DNA from: Thermodesulfobacteriota bacterium
GTDB lineage: Bacteria > Desulfobacterota_D > UBA1144 > Nemesobacterales > Nemesobacteraceae
Assembly: GCA_963667625.1 (NCBI GenBank)
Contig: OY763921.1
Span: forward strand, 1,436,679-1,500,678
Length of the DNA: 64,000 nucleotides
Direction of reading: 5' to 3'
The translations under genes were made by a program, and so were the position numbers. Below are positions 50,349 to 60,700 of the stretch, in pieces (position 1 is the first letter of the stretch; every line of letters starts with the position of its first letter). The notes beneath the pieces were generated by a model. That model saw nothing but the letters and a program-made list of their open reading frames with translations, did no database searches and had not been told where the DNA came from.

Positions 50349-50603
50349 ATGAAACAGTTTTCTGTGAAAATAGAGGTTAAGCTCAAGCCCGTGGTGCTCG
50401 ATCCCCAGGGCAAGGCGGTGCTTAACGCTCTTTCCGGTCTCGGATTCAATGGGGTCTCAGACGCGAGGGTGGGTAAAATCGTGGAACTCACCATGGAGGG
50501 CGAATCCGCCGAGGAAGTAAGCCGCAAAGCGGACGAGATGTGCCGGAAACTCCTTTCCAACCCGGTAATCGAAGATTCTTCGGTGGAGGTAGTGGAAAAA
50601 TAA
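50349..50603 (+). CDS. purS: FGAM synthase subunit PurS
   Basis: VLDPQG and KLLSNPVIE motifs. Confidence 0.94.
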   Translation: MKQFSVKIEVKLKPVVLDPQGKAVLNALSGLGFNGVSDARVGKIVELTMEGESAEEVSRKADEMCRKLLSNPVIEDSSVEVVEK

Positions 50604-50604
50604 G

Positions 50605-51318
50605 ATGCCAAGTTTCGGAGTTCTGTTCTTTCCGGGGTCCAACTGCGACCACGATTGCTACCACGCCATAAAAAAAATCCTGGGTCGGCCCTGCGAACTT
50701 ATATGGCACGAGGAAACTTCCCTAGAGGGAATCGACTGCATTGTGATACCGGGGGGATTTTCCTACGGAGACTATCTTCGCGCGGGAGCCATATCGCAGT
50801 TCTCTCCGGTGGTAAGTCCGCTCAGGGAACTTGCCGCAAGAGGAGTCCCGGTAATAGGGATATGCAACGGGTTTCAGATTCTTGTTGAATCGGGACTTCT
50901 TCCCGGGGCATTCATACACAACTCCTCACTGAAATTCGTCTGCAGATGGACAAACGTAAAAATTGAGGATACCGATACGCCCTTCACCTGCCTTCTGCGC
51001 AGGGGGGAAGTACTGAAACTGCCGGTCGCAAACGCCCAAGGCAACTTCGTGCTGCCCCCGGACGGGGACGATACCCGGGAACGTAGAATAGTTTTGCGCT
51101 ACTGCGGGGAAGGAGGAGAGCCGACTGTCGAGGCAAATCCAAGTGGCGCAGAGGACAATATAGCAGGGATCGCCAACAGCCGGGGCAATGTACTCGGGAT
51201 GATGCCTCATCCCGAGCGCAGTTTCGAGAGCCTGCTAGGCTCAGAAGACGGCAGAAGAATGTTTGAATCCGCGATATCGTGGATAGAGTCCCGGAATGCC
51301 GACGGAAAAGCCATTTGA
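50605..51318 (+). CDS. purQ: FGAM synthase glutaminase subunit PurQ
   Basis: FPGSNCD, PGGFSYGDYLR, GICNGFQ and MMPHPER motifs. Confidence 0.95.
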   Translation: MPSFGVLFFPGSNCDHDCYHAIKKILGRPCELIWHEETSLEGIDCIVIPGGFSYGDYLRAGAISQFSPVVSPLRELAARGVPVIGICNGFQILVESGLLPGAFIHNSSLKFVCRWTNVKIEDTDTPFTCLLRRGEVLKLPVANAQGNFVLPPDGDDTRERRIVLRYCGEGGEPTVEANPSGAEDNIAGIANSRGNVLGMMPHPERSFESLLGSEDGRRMFESAISWIESRNADGKAI

Positions 51319-51373
51319 GTAAAACACAGACTGTGTTAGTCTTAACGGGAAATCGTGCGCACGAGAGTTTAAA

Positions 51374-51613
51374 ATGGACAACACGCAGAGCAAGGAAAAA
51401 ATAGACATAACCGACTACATCTGTCCGATGACCTTTGTCAAAACAAAGCTCAAGCTTGAGCAGATGAAGCGCGGGGAAGTCCTTGAAGTAAGGCTCTGCG
51501 AAGGAGAGCCTCTCTCCAACCTCCCGAGAAGCGTGGAACAGGAAGGTCACAGGGTTCTCTCCATAAAGAAAGAAGAAGGCCGCTACCACAAGGTAATCAT
51601 CGAGCGCTGCTAA
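51374..51613 (+). CDS. TusA/SirA-family sulfur carrier
   Basis: 79 aa with IDIT..ICPM and GEVLEV motifs. Confidence 0.88.
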   Translation: MDNTQSKEKIDITDYICPMTFVKTKLKLEQMKRGEVLEVRLCEGEPLSNLPRSVEQEGHRVLSIKKEEGRYHKVIIERC

Positions 51614-52554
51614 TGTATAGATCCGAAGCCGGAACCTCCAGCGCCGGAGGTTCAAGAGTCGAATCGGTGGTTGACCTTATAGGCAACACCCCTCTTTTGG
51701 AACTTTCCGAGACTGCAAAGGAATGCTCTCCCGGAGTCAGTATTTACGCAAAGGCCGAGTGGTTTAACCCGGGAGGTTCAATAAAAGACCGCCCCGCCCG
51801 CAGAATGATCCTGGAAGCCATCCGCTCCGGTGAACTCACAAAAGACAAGGTCATTATGGACTCCTCTTCCGGAAACACCGCGATCGCGTACGCGATGCTC
51901 GGGGCCTCGCTCGGGTACGAGGTTGAAATCGTAACGCCTGAGAACGTAAACACCGAGAGAAAAAAAGCGATTGAAGCCTACGGAGCGAAGATAACCTTCT
52001 CAAGCCCTCTTGAAGGTTCCGACGGAGCTATAAGAATGGCTCACAGGCTAAAAGCGGATAATCCCGAGAAATATTTCATGCCGGACCAGTACAACAACAT
52101 CAATAACCTCCTGGCTCACTACGAGACGACCGCGCCCGAGATCTGGGAACAGACAAAGGGTGCCGTGACACATTTTCTTGCGGGACTCGGCACATCGGGA
52201 ACTTTTATGGGAACCGGAAAAAGGCTTAAAGAATACAATCCCGATATAAAGACAATCGCGATTCAGCCTGAAGAAAGTCTTCACGGGCTTGAGGGCATGA
52301 AACATATGCCCACTTCAATAGTTCCCGGCATATACAACGAGGAAGCAGCCGACGAAGTTGTCTTCATCTCAACTGAGAAAGCGTATGAAATGATGGAGCG
52401 GCTGATGGATACCGAGGGGATATTCGTGGGTCACTCGGGAGGAGCCGCGGTCTGCGTAACGCTTGAGTACGCGAAAAAACTGAAAGAAGGAGTGCTCGTG
52501 ACGATTCTTCCCGACTCGGGCAGAAGGTACCTGAGCGAAGGACTCTGGTGGTAA
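51613..52554 (+). CDS. cysM: PLP-dependent cysteine synthase (CysM-like)
   Basis: IGNTPL, NPGGSIKDR, SSGNT, GLGTSGT and PDSG.RYLS motifs. Confidence 0.88.
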   Translation: MYRSEAGTSSAGGSRVESVVDLIGNTPLLELSETAKECSPGVSIYAKAEWFNPGGSIKDRPARRMILEAIRSGELTKDKVIMDSSSGNTAIAYAMLGASLGYEVEIVTPENVNTERKKAIEAYGAKITFSSPLEGSDGAIRMAHRLKADNPEKYFMPDQYNNINNLLAHYETTAPEIWEQTKGAVTHFLAGLGTSGTFMGTGKRLKEYNPDIKTIAIQPEESLHGLEGMKHMPTSIVPGIYNEEAADEVVFISTEKAYEMMERLMDTEGIFVGHSGGAAVCVTLEYAKKLKEGVLVTILPDSGRRYLSEGLWW

Positions 52555-53015
52555 AAATTTACAGATCGGCCTATCTGGGTATGACACGGGACGCAGAATC
52601 CGGTTATCCTTACGAGGTATGCGGAGTGATGATCGGGAAAGAAGATACCGTCACTCACTTCCGCAAATGCGCCAATCTGGTCTCTGACGACGAATCCGAA
52701 ACGGCATTTAAGGAAACAGCAAACATTGACAGCAAGCGGTTAAAGGACCGCTACGAGCTTGATCCGCGTTCCTACATAGAAGCGGATTCGTGGGCGAGGG
52801 AGAACGGTCTTGAGATTCTCGGCATATACCACTCGCATCCAGACCACCCTTCTAAACCTTCGGAGACGGACAGACAGGTGGCATCACCCGGATGGGCGTA
52901 TATAATTTTCTCGGTAAACCGCGGGAAACTCGCCGACGCGAGAATATGGTACATTGACGAACAGAGCTTCCAGTTTGAAGAAAGAAAGTTCGAAGTGATT
53001 AAAGACCCCGACTGA
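52548..53015 (+). CDS. JAB/JAMM M67 metallopeptidase (Mec-like)
   Basis: YPYEVCG and YHSHPDHPSKPSETD JAMM motifs. Confidence 0.9.
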   Translation: MVKIYRSAYLGMTRDAESGYPYEVCGVMIGKEDTVTHFRKCANLVSDDESETAFKETANIDSKRLKDRYELDPRSYIEADSWARENGLEILGIYHSHPDHPSKPSETDRQVASPGWAYIIFSVNRGKLADARIWYIDEQSFQFEERKFEVIKDPD

Positions 53016-53075
53016 TGCAATGAAGAAGACAACCGAGACCCGGAGTAGGCTGCATATGCCGGGAGAAACCCAACT

Positions 53076-54533
53076 ATGAGTATGCAGGTTCTATTTGAAA
53101 GTACGCTGGCTATCCTTCCCGAGTGCATACTCATACTCACCGCCCTGCTCATACTGATCTGCGCTCCGATTCTGAAAAAAAGATGGATGGGGTCGCTTTT
53201 TCTCCTAGCAATCTCAGGAACCGTACTCTCCCTCGTCCTTAACTTCTCCAGGTTCTCCGGCGAAAGTTCCGCGTTTTCCGGTGCGCTAGTAATTGATTCC
53301 TTCTCCGCTTATTTCAACTCCCTTTTCCTCCTGGCGGCGCTTGCGACGATTCTTTTTTCAAAAGATCACCTCGAGAAACGCACGCAATGGCTTGAGGAAT
53401 TCTACGCACTTGTGCTTTTCTGCACGAGCGGGATGATGATTCTCGCTTCCTCGGTCGAACTCATGACGCTTTTTGTGGGATTCGAAATCATGTCAATCGC
53501 TGTCTACATACTCTCGGGGTTCAGAAGCAGGTCCCTCAACTCCACAGAATCAGGCGTAAAATACCTTGTTCTGGGGGGGTTCTCTTCCGCGGTGCTGCTT
53601 TTTGGAATCGCCCTTCTCTACGGGGCTACCGGTTCCACTTTTCTTGAGGAAATTCTAAGAAATCCGGGGAACCTCCCGATGTATGTCTGCGGAGCCGCCT
53701 TTGTGGCAGTGGGAGTCATTTTCAAGATAGGAGCCGTGCCGCTTCACCAGTGGGTACCCGACATCTACGACGGAGCTCCTCTCACCGTTACGGGATACAT
53801 GTCCGTTGCGGTAAAAGCAGCGGCTTTCGTGCTGCTGCTGAGGATATTTCTCGGTTCCGCTCCGGGGTTTGAAAACTACATGACGGTCGCCGTACAGATC
53901 GCGGCTGTGCTGACCATGATAGTAGGAAACATAGCAGCCATATATCAAAAAAGCGTAAAGAGGATGCTTGCCTACTCAAGCGTGGCGCACGCGGGATACG
54001 CCCTCGTCGGGGTGGCGGCAGTCCTCTCAGACTCTTCGGTCGGAAGCGGGAGCGTTCTTTACTATCTGTTTGCCTACACCTTTATGAACCTCGGGGCTTT
54101 CGGAATCCTCGCCTACGCAAGCAGGGAGGGAAACGACTGTGACACTTTTGAGAGGATATCGGGACTCTGGAGCAGGAAACCGGCGGCATCGCTCGCACTT
54201 GGAGTATTTATGTTCTCGCTTGCGGGAATCCCGCCAACTATAGGGTTTTTCGGGAAATACAGGGTGTTTTTAGCTGCGGTCGACGCCAATCTGACGCCGC
54301 TTGCAGTAATAGGGATAATAACAAGCGTAATCTCCGCGTATTACTACCTCAAGGTGCTCGTCTACGCGTTTATGAAGGAAGACAGCTACGGGGCAAGCGC
54401 AAACAAACCGCTTTCGGGGGCTACAATTGCAGTGCTTACCGCAGTCACGGTTTTTTTCGGTATATTTCCTTTCTTGTCATGGGATCTAGCAGCTCAGGCC
54501 TCAAACACTCTTCTCGCCGCGGTCGCCTTTTAG
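53076..54533 (+). CDS. nuoN: NADH-quinone oxidoreductase subunit N
   Basis: ESGVKY, FKIGAVPLHQWVPDIYDGAP, KRMLAYSSVAH and SLAGIPP motifs. Confidence 0.94.
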   Translation: MSMQVLFESTLAILPECILILTALLILICAPILKKRWMGSLFLLAISGTVLSLVLNFSRFSGESSAFSGALVIDSFSAYFNSLFLLAALATILFSKDHLEKRTQWLEEFYALVLFCTSGMMILASSVELMTLFVGFEIMSIAVYILSGFRSRSLNSTESGVKYLVLGGFSSAVLLFGIALLYGATGSTFLEEILRNPGNLPMYVCGAAFVAVGVIFKIGAVPLHQWVPDIYDGAPLTVTGYMSVAVKAAAFVLLLRIFLGSAPGFENYMTVAVQIAAVLTMIVGNIAAIYQKSVKRMLAYSSVAHAGYALVGVAAVLSDSSVGSGSVLYYLFAYTFMNLGAFGILAYASREGNDCDTFERISGLWSRKPAASLALGVFMFSLAGIPPTIGFFGKYRVFLAAVDANLTPLAVIGIITSVISAYYYLKVLVYAFMKEDSYGASANKPLSGATIAVLTAVTVFFGIFPFLSWDLAAQASNTLLAAVAF

Positions 54534-54592
54534 ACGGCAAGGGGTTTTTATTTCGCCCGAGTGCGAAGGGTTTTTATTTCAGAATCTAGGAA

Positions 54593-56803
54593 ATGGAGAA
54601 AGACAAGGACACTCAAGGCGTATTCGTAGATGTGATGGCGGTTTTTTTCTTCGCCCTCGCCGTATTCACCTTCGCAAGCCTTCTGGTTTTCAGCACCCTT
54701 CTTGAAATCGACGTAAAAGGCGCAATGGGAGGCGCGGGCCTTTACGTGTCGCACTCCCTTGGAAGTTCCTTCGGCACGCTTTCCTTCGTATTTCCCGTGT
54801 TGATGTTCTATGCATCATATGTGATTCTGAGAAAGCAGCCCGCCCGGAAAATATACTGGAAGCTTTTCTCCACGATTATTTTTCTTCTCTCCTCGACCAC
54901 CCTGCTCGGGCTCGTTTACGGAAAAAGTTCCCTCCTGGGCTACTCGCCGGCCGGGGGATGGATGGGTCTTGCGATCTCCAGGGAATTCGGGCAGAACATC
55001 CTGGGGACCTTTGGAACATACATTGTCGCCATAATCGTCATATTCCTCTCCGTGATAATAACAACGGAAACCAAGATCACCACCGTAGTGAAAATCATCC
55101 GCCTGCTCTTCTCAGGCGCTTTAAAAGCAGTCTTTGCGCCGATCGGTGCGCTAAGACGCGCCGCCGCACGAAGAAGCTCCCGAGAAAAAAAGAAGCAAGC
55201 CGCACCGAAGCCAACCCCCAGCGCGGCAAAAACCCCGGCCGCGGAACACAAGCAGAAACCCGACGGAAAAGCCGACACGGAACCGCAGATAGTCTTCACT
55301 CCTCCGGCCCCCGACAAGAAAGACGAGCAGCCCCCTGCCGCACCCGAGAGCAAATGGCTTGACTTCTCCCTGCCCTCAATTGATCTGCTTGACCCGAAAA
55401 TCGACACGGCGGTGGAGATAGACAAGGAAGCCATGTACCAGAAGGCCACCTTGATCGAAGAGAAGCTTGCGGACTTCGGAGTAACCGGAAAGGTCATGGA
55501 GATACGTCCCGGCCCGGTTATCACGATGTTCGAATACAAGCCAGCCCCGGGGATAAAAATAAACAAGATATCGTCTCTTGAAGGTGATCTGGCAATGGGT
55601 CTTAAGGCGCTGAGCATAAGAATCATAGCCCCCATACCGGGAAAAGACGTGGTCGGAATAGAGGTGCCGAACGAAAGCAGGGAAATAGTGGTGCTGCGGG
55701 AACTTTTCGAGAGCAACTCGTTTACGGAGAAAAAATCGATGCTCACCGTCGCCCTCGGAAAAGACATATCCGGAAAACCGCGCTACATGGATCTTCAGAC
55801 CGCTCCGCACCTTATGATCGCCGGAACCACAGGTTCGGGCAAAAGCGTGCTCCTAAACGCCGCGATCACGAGCCTGCTCTACAGGGCGACCCCTTATGAA
55901 CTCAAGATGATAATGATAGACCCGAAGATGCTCGAGCTCTCCATATACGAAGACATTCCCCACCTGCTCCACCCTGTGGTAACCGAATCGAGAAAAGCCG
56001 TGGCCGCCCTTAAGTGGCTGGTCGGGGAAATGGATTCCAGATACAAAATGCTCTCCGAGGAAGGGGTAAGGGACATAGACAGCTATAACAGGAAGCTTGA
56101 GGCGCTTGAAATTGAGGAAAAACAGCTCAGGTGGCTTCCCTACATAGTCGTTATCATAGATGAGCTTGCCGACCTGATGATGGTTTCCCCGACTGACGTT
56201 AAGGACTCGATAATAAGGCTTGCGCAGAAAGCCCGGGCGGCGGGAATCCATATAATAGTCTCCACACAGCGCCCCTCAGCAGATGTGGTAGCGGGACTCA
56301 TAAAGGCTAACTTCCCGGCGCGCATATCCTTTCTCGTATCTTCAAAAGTGGATTCAAGAATCATTCTTGACACCGGGGGAGCGGAGACCCTGCTCGGAAA
56401 GGGGGACATGCTATTTCTCGCATCCGGGGGAAGCAACCTCTTAAGACTGCAGGGCGCGCTTATATCCGACGATGAAAGAAAACGGGTAACGGATTTTCTA
56501 AGATCCAAGGCAGACCCGGTCTACATAGAAGAAATAACAAAAGATGACCCAGGCGATGAGAGCGCAGGAGTCAGTGAAGACGAAAAAGACGAGCTTTACG
56601 AAACCGCGCTCGGCATAATAGCCGAAACGGGACAGGCATCCATCTCCATGATACAGAGAAGGCTCAAGATAGGATATAACCGCGCGGCCAGGATCGTTGA
56701 GACAATGGAAAAAGAAGGTCTTATAGGCCCTCAGGGAGCTGCCGGCAAACCGAGAGAAGTCTACGTGAACATGATTAAAGCGGACAGGGGAAACTCGGAT
56801 TGA
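54593..56803 (+). CDS. ftsK: DNA translocase FtsK
   Basis: N-terminal TM region, AGTTGSGKS, IDELADLM, LLGKGDML and gamma domain QRRLKIGYNRAAR. Confidence 0.96.
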   Translation: MEKDKDTQGVFVDVMAVFFFALAVFTFASLLVFSTLLEIDVKGAMGGAGLYVSHSLGSSFGTLSFVFPVLMFYASYVILRKQPARKIYWKLFSTIIFLLSSTTLLGLVYGKSSLLGYSPAGGWMGLAISREFGQNILGTFGTYIVAIIVIFLSVIITTETKITTVVKIIRLLFSGALKAVFAPIGALRRAAARRSSREKKKQAAPKPTPSAAKTPAAEHKQKPDGKADTEPQIVFTPPAPDKKDEQPPAAPESKWLDFSLPSIDLLDPKIDTAVEIDKEAMYQKATLIEEKLADFGVTGKVMEIRPGPVITMFEYKPAPGIKINKISSLEGDLAMGLKALSIRIIAPIPGKDVVGIEVPNESREIVVLRELFESNSFTEKKSMLTVALGKDISGKPRYMDLQTAPHLMIAGTTGSGKSVLLNAAITSLLYRATPYELKMIMIDPKMLELSIYEDIPHLLHPVVTESRKAVAALKWLVGEMDSRYKMLSEEGVRDIDSYNRKLEALEIEEKQLRWLPYIVVIIDELADLMMVSPTDVKDSIIRLAQKARAAGIHIIVSTQRPSADVVAGLIKANFPARISFLVSSKVDSRIILDTGGAETLLGKGDMLFLASGGSNLLRLQGALISDDERKRVTDFLRSKADPVYIEEITKDDPGDESAGVSEDEKDELYETALGIIAETGQASISMIQRRLKIGYNRAARIVETMEKEGLIGPQGAAGKPREVYVNMIKADRGNSD

Positions 56804-57459
56804 AAAAAATCGCGCTTGCGGCAGCGCTTTTTGCCACATACCTTCTTTTTACCGCGCAGCCCGCGAAGACCCAAGACGCAACCGCTGTTGTAAGCGGCAT
56901 CCAGAAAAAATACGCCTCGATAAACGACCTTAGCTCTAAATTCACCCAGGTGACCCGGATAAAGGACCTCGATGAGAAAATCGCTTCCTCGGGCAAGGTG
57001 TGGTTCAAAAAACCCGGGATGATGAAGTGGCAGTACGAAGAGCCATGGAAAGACACGATTGTTTCTGACGGAAAGAAGGTCTGGTATTTTGACAGCAGGG
57101 AAAACCAGGTAACCGAAATGGAGCTTGAAAGCGTCTGGGCAGACTCCCTCGGCTCCTATACCATTATTTCCATACTGGAGGATCTTGACCGTCTTTTCGA
57201 TGTTCGCCCGGGCGCCGGAAGCGCGGACGAGCGGGGGAATGTCCTCCTTGACCTGAAACAGAAAAACCAAGAGCAGTCAAAGCAGGTAACAATAGCAGTT
57301 GACCCCAAAACCTATATGCTAAGAGAAATAATAATCGGCGACATATTCGGGAACACGACGGTCATAAAACTCGGCACCGCGGAAGTTAACCTCGGCATTC
57401 CCGATTCGTTCTTTGCATTTAAAAAACCGAAGGAAGCAGGCACAGTGACTTTTCCCTGA
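56800..57459 (+). CDS. lolA: Outer-membrane lipoprotein carrier LolA
   Basis: Signal peptide, FTQ, KKPG..KWQY and IVSDGK motifs. Follows ftsK. Confidence 0.88.
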   Translation: MKKIALAAALFATYLLFTAQPAKTQDATAVVSGIQKKYASINDLSSKFTQVTRIKDLDEKIASSGKVWFKKPGMMKWQYEEPWKDTIVSDGKKVWYFDSRENQVTEMELESVWADSLGSYTIISILEDLDRLFDVRPGAGSADERGNVLLDLKQKNQEQSKQVTIAVDPKTYMLREIIIGDIFGNTTVIKLGTAEVNLGIPDSFFAFKKPKEAGTVTFP

Positions 57460-57468
57460 ACCCTGCAT

Positions 57469-57619
57469 TCATTTGATTCCAATAACCTTATCCAAGATCA
57501 AGGACCGGTCTCCCGGCTCAATGCCAGTCTCTAAGAGGCGCTGAAATTCCCCGGCATTGCCCCCGTCCAACGAGCGCGGCCACCAAAACCCCGTTTTTTC
57601 GTTTCCATTGAACGTCTAT
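57469..57619 (-). pseudogene. Decayed STAS-domain (anti-sigma antagonist) gene
   Basis: GGAGG RBS, ATA in place of ATG, DVQWKRKNGVLVAALVGR, a frameshift, GNAGEFQRLLETGIEPGDRSLILD, then directly KVIGIK*. Confidence 0.6.
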
Positions 57620-57763
57620 TCTCGCCTCCCGTGTCTCCTTCCGTTTAAGGTTGGGCTATGATATCATTTTTTTTCAGGATTTTTATGCCAAAAATCAGTA
57701 TTTATACAAACTCTTGAAAACCACACTCCTACTGGCGACAGGACACTGCGGAAGAAGGACACT

Positions 57764-60700
57764 ATGAGTAAAAAGCGGTCTTCTGATCATTCTCAAGCTA
57801 CAGTGCCTGAGCCGGATACTCGGAATCACCCGGGTTCACAATCCGCAGAGCCGATAGCAGTTGTCGGCATGGCGTGCCGATTCCCTAGAGCGAATGATGT
57901 TTCAGCTTTCTGGCGTCTTCTGGAAGCGGGTGAGAATGCGGTCAGCGAGGGCACTCCAGGTTCCGGCGTTGGGAGGATCAGCGAGCTTTTCCAGAATGCC
58001 GCAGCTCAGAGAGAGGCGTGTTATTTCGCCGCTTTCATAGACGACGTTGACCAGTTCGACGCCCCTTTTTTCCGCATTTCGCCGGTCGAGGCGCAGCATC
58101 TTGACCCGCAGCAGCGACTGATGCTGGAAACGAGCTGGCAGGCGCTCGAAGACGCGGGAATAGACCCTGACAGGCTGAAGGACAGCCGAACCGGTGTGTA
58201 TGCCGGCATCAGCAATAACGAATACCGGGGAATCATAATGGAAGCCAGCGATACCGCTGAGCCGGCCTCCAGCCTCTACACGGTCAGCGGCACTTCCTAC
58301 AACACGGCCATCGGACGAGTCTCCTTTGTGCTTGGCTTACAAGGACCGGCAATTGCAATGGACACCGCCTGCTCTTCATCACTCGTGGCCTTGCATCAGG
58401 CGGTGACCGGCCTGCAGTATGGCGAGGCCGATCTTGCGCTGGCGGGCGGGGTCCACACCATTCTGTCGGGACGGCTCTTGGAACTCCGGGCTAATGCCGG
58501 AATGCTGGCGCCGGACGGACGCTGCAAGACTTTTGATGCTGCCGCCAATGGTTACGTGCGCGGCGAAGGCTGCGGGATACTGGTTCTTAAGCGGCTGAGC
58601 GAAGCGGAAGCGGACGGCGACCGGATCTGGGGCGTCATTCGCGGCTCCGCAGTGAACCAAGACGGTGCGAGCACAGGGCTGACCGTGCCGAACGGGGAGG
58701 CGCAGGAACAAGTCATCAAGGCTGCATTGCTCAGGGCAGGCGTACTGCCGTCACAGGTGGACTATGTGGAAGCGCACGGCACGGGAACGCCGGTGGGCGA
58801 CCCTATCGAGCTGCAGGCAGTGGCGGCCGCATACTGCAAAGACCGTCCGGCTGAACAACCGCTGCTCATCGGTTCGGTGAAGACGAACTTTGGACATCTG
58901 GAATCTGCTGCGGGCGTTGCCGGAGTGATGAAGGTACTGCTGGCGATGAACCGGGGCATCATCCCGAAGCACCTGAATTTCAGCGATCCGACACCGGCAA
59001 TCGATTGGCGGCAGTTTCCTTTACGTGTAACTTCGACGGCGACCGAGTGGCCTCTGGTATCCGACCGAGCCCCGCTGGCCGGCATAAGCGGTTTCGGCTG
59101 GTCCGGAACAAACGCACATATCGTGGTGGAGGGTTATGGTACGCCATCACTCACCTCTAATGAATTGCACGATAGGAAGTGGCCTGCGGGTTCTCCGAGA
59201 CATGTCGCCATCTCCCTGCCAAAGACAGCCTCGGAGGGGGCGGCGGAGGCGCCCGTTGCGCGCGCCACGCGGCTGCTGCCTTTGTCGGGCAAGACGGACA
59301 ATGCCCTGCGAGAACTGGCGGAACGCTATCTTGCGTGGCTTGACGAGCGCTCTATGGACCTGGAACCCTCAGACTCAGCCGCCTCCCCTCTCCTCTCGGA
59401 CATGGCTTGGACGGCAGGCGTTGGGCGCAGCCAGTTCGCTCACCGCGCAGGTGTTGTTTTCAGCGACGCTGAGTCGCTGCGCGTCGGGCTGAAGACAGTT
59501 GCGGAAGATGACGAGGGTGCGGAGGCCGAAGCGACGACGAAAGTGGCTTTCGTGTACACGGGGCAGGGCGCCCAGTGGATGGGCATGGGCAAGCCCCTGT
59601 ACGAGCGCGAGCCAGTAGTACGTGCCGTTCTCGACAGGTGCGAGCGGATTATACTGGAGGAGAGAGGCACTTCGCTGCTGGACGTGATGTTCGGCAGGGA
59701 AGACGGCCTTAACGATGCCGTTTGGGCACAGCCCGCCACCTATGCCTTGGAGTGCGCTCTGACCGCATTGTGGCGCAGTATCGGAGTTTCTCCGAGCGTG
59801 GTAATCGGACACAGCCTCGGCGAATTTGCAGCGGCGCAGGCCGCGGGCGTGTTCGGGCTGGAAGAAGGTCTGAGATTCGTTGCAAAACGCGGCGCCCTGC
59901 TTTCGTCAGTTCCCGAATTAGGCACAATGGCGGCGGTGTTCGCCCCAGAGAATCAAGTGGCGGCGGCGGTTGATGAGTACAATGCGTCATCCGAGAGCTC
60001 AGTCTTGAGCATCGCCGTCGACAACGGCATTCATCAGGTCATTAGCGGCCCCATAGCAGCAGTTCAGGCGGTATCGGAGCGTTTCGAGGCCGAAGAGATT
60101 AACGTAAGGCCGCTTAGCAGGAATCAGGCGTTCCACAGCGCTTTGGTGGAACCCGCGCTGGATGCATTAGAAGAGGCGTATAAGGAGTATGTTGTGGCCT
60201 CGCCGCCGTCCGTGGCTATGGTGAGTAATGTAACGGGCAGGATTGTGGCACCGGACGAGATTCTTGATGGCAGATACTGGCGCCGTCACGCGCGGGAGAC
60301 CGTGCAGTTTCGCAGGGGCATCGGAATTCTGGCGGAACTGGGCACCGACCTGGTCATAGAGGTGGGTCCGCACGCCGTGCTCGGCCCATTGGTATCTCTT
60401 GTCTGGCCCGGCGCGGCGAATGAGGCAGAAGAGCCCCTCGTCCTTGAGAGTATGCTGCGTCCATCAAAGGATGATGTCCTTCCGCCGGACCATGACAATG
60501 GCTTCATGGACGCCGTTGCGGGAGCATACGAGGCTGGGCTGACGCTTGCATTCGACGGACTGTTCGCGGGGGAGGAGCGGCGCAGGATTGAGTTGCCGAG
60601 CTATCCCTTCCAGCGCACACGGCACTGGGTCGATGCACCAAGACGCAGGCGCGCAGCCGCCGGGCATCCCCTGCTGGGTACAAGGCACGAGTCGCCACGC

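Noticed and set aside
48567-50350. parS site near parAB
   Set aside because: No good match to TGTTTCACGTGAAACA was noticed by eye.
53020-53079. 19-codon frame overlapping the nuoN start
   Set aside because: It is too short and has no recognisable similarity to NuoM or a sulfur carrier (no C-terminal GG).
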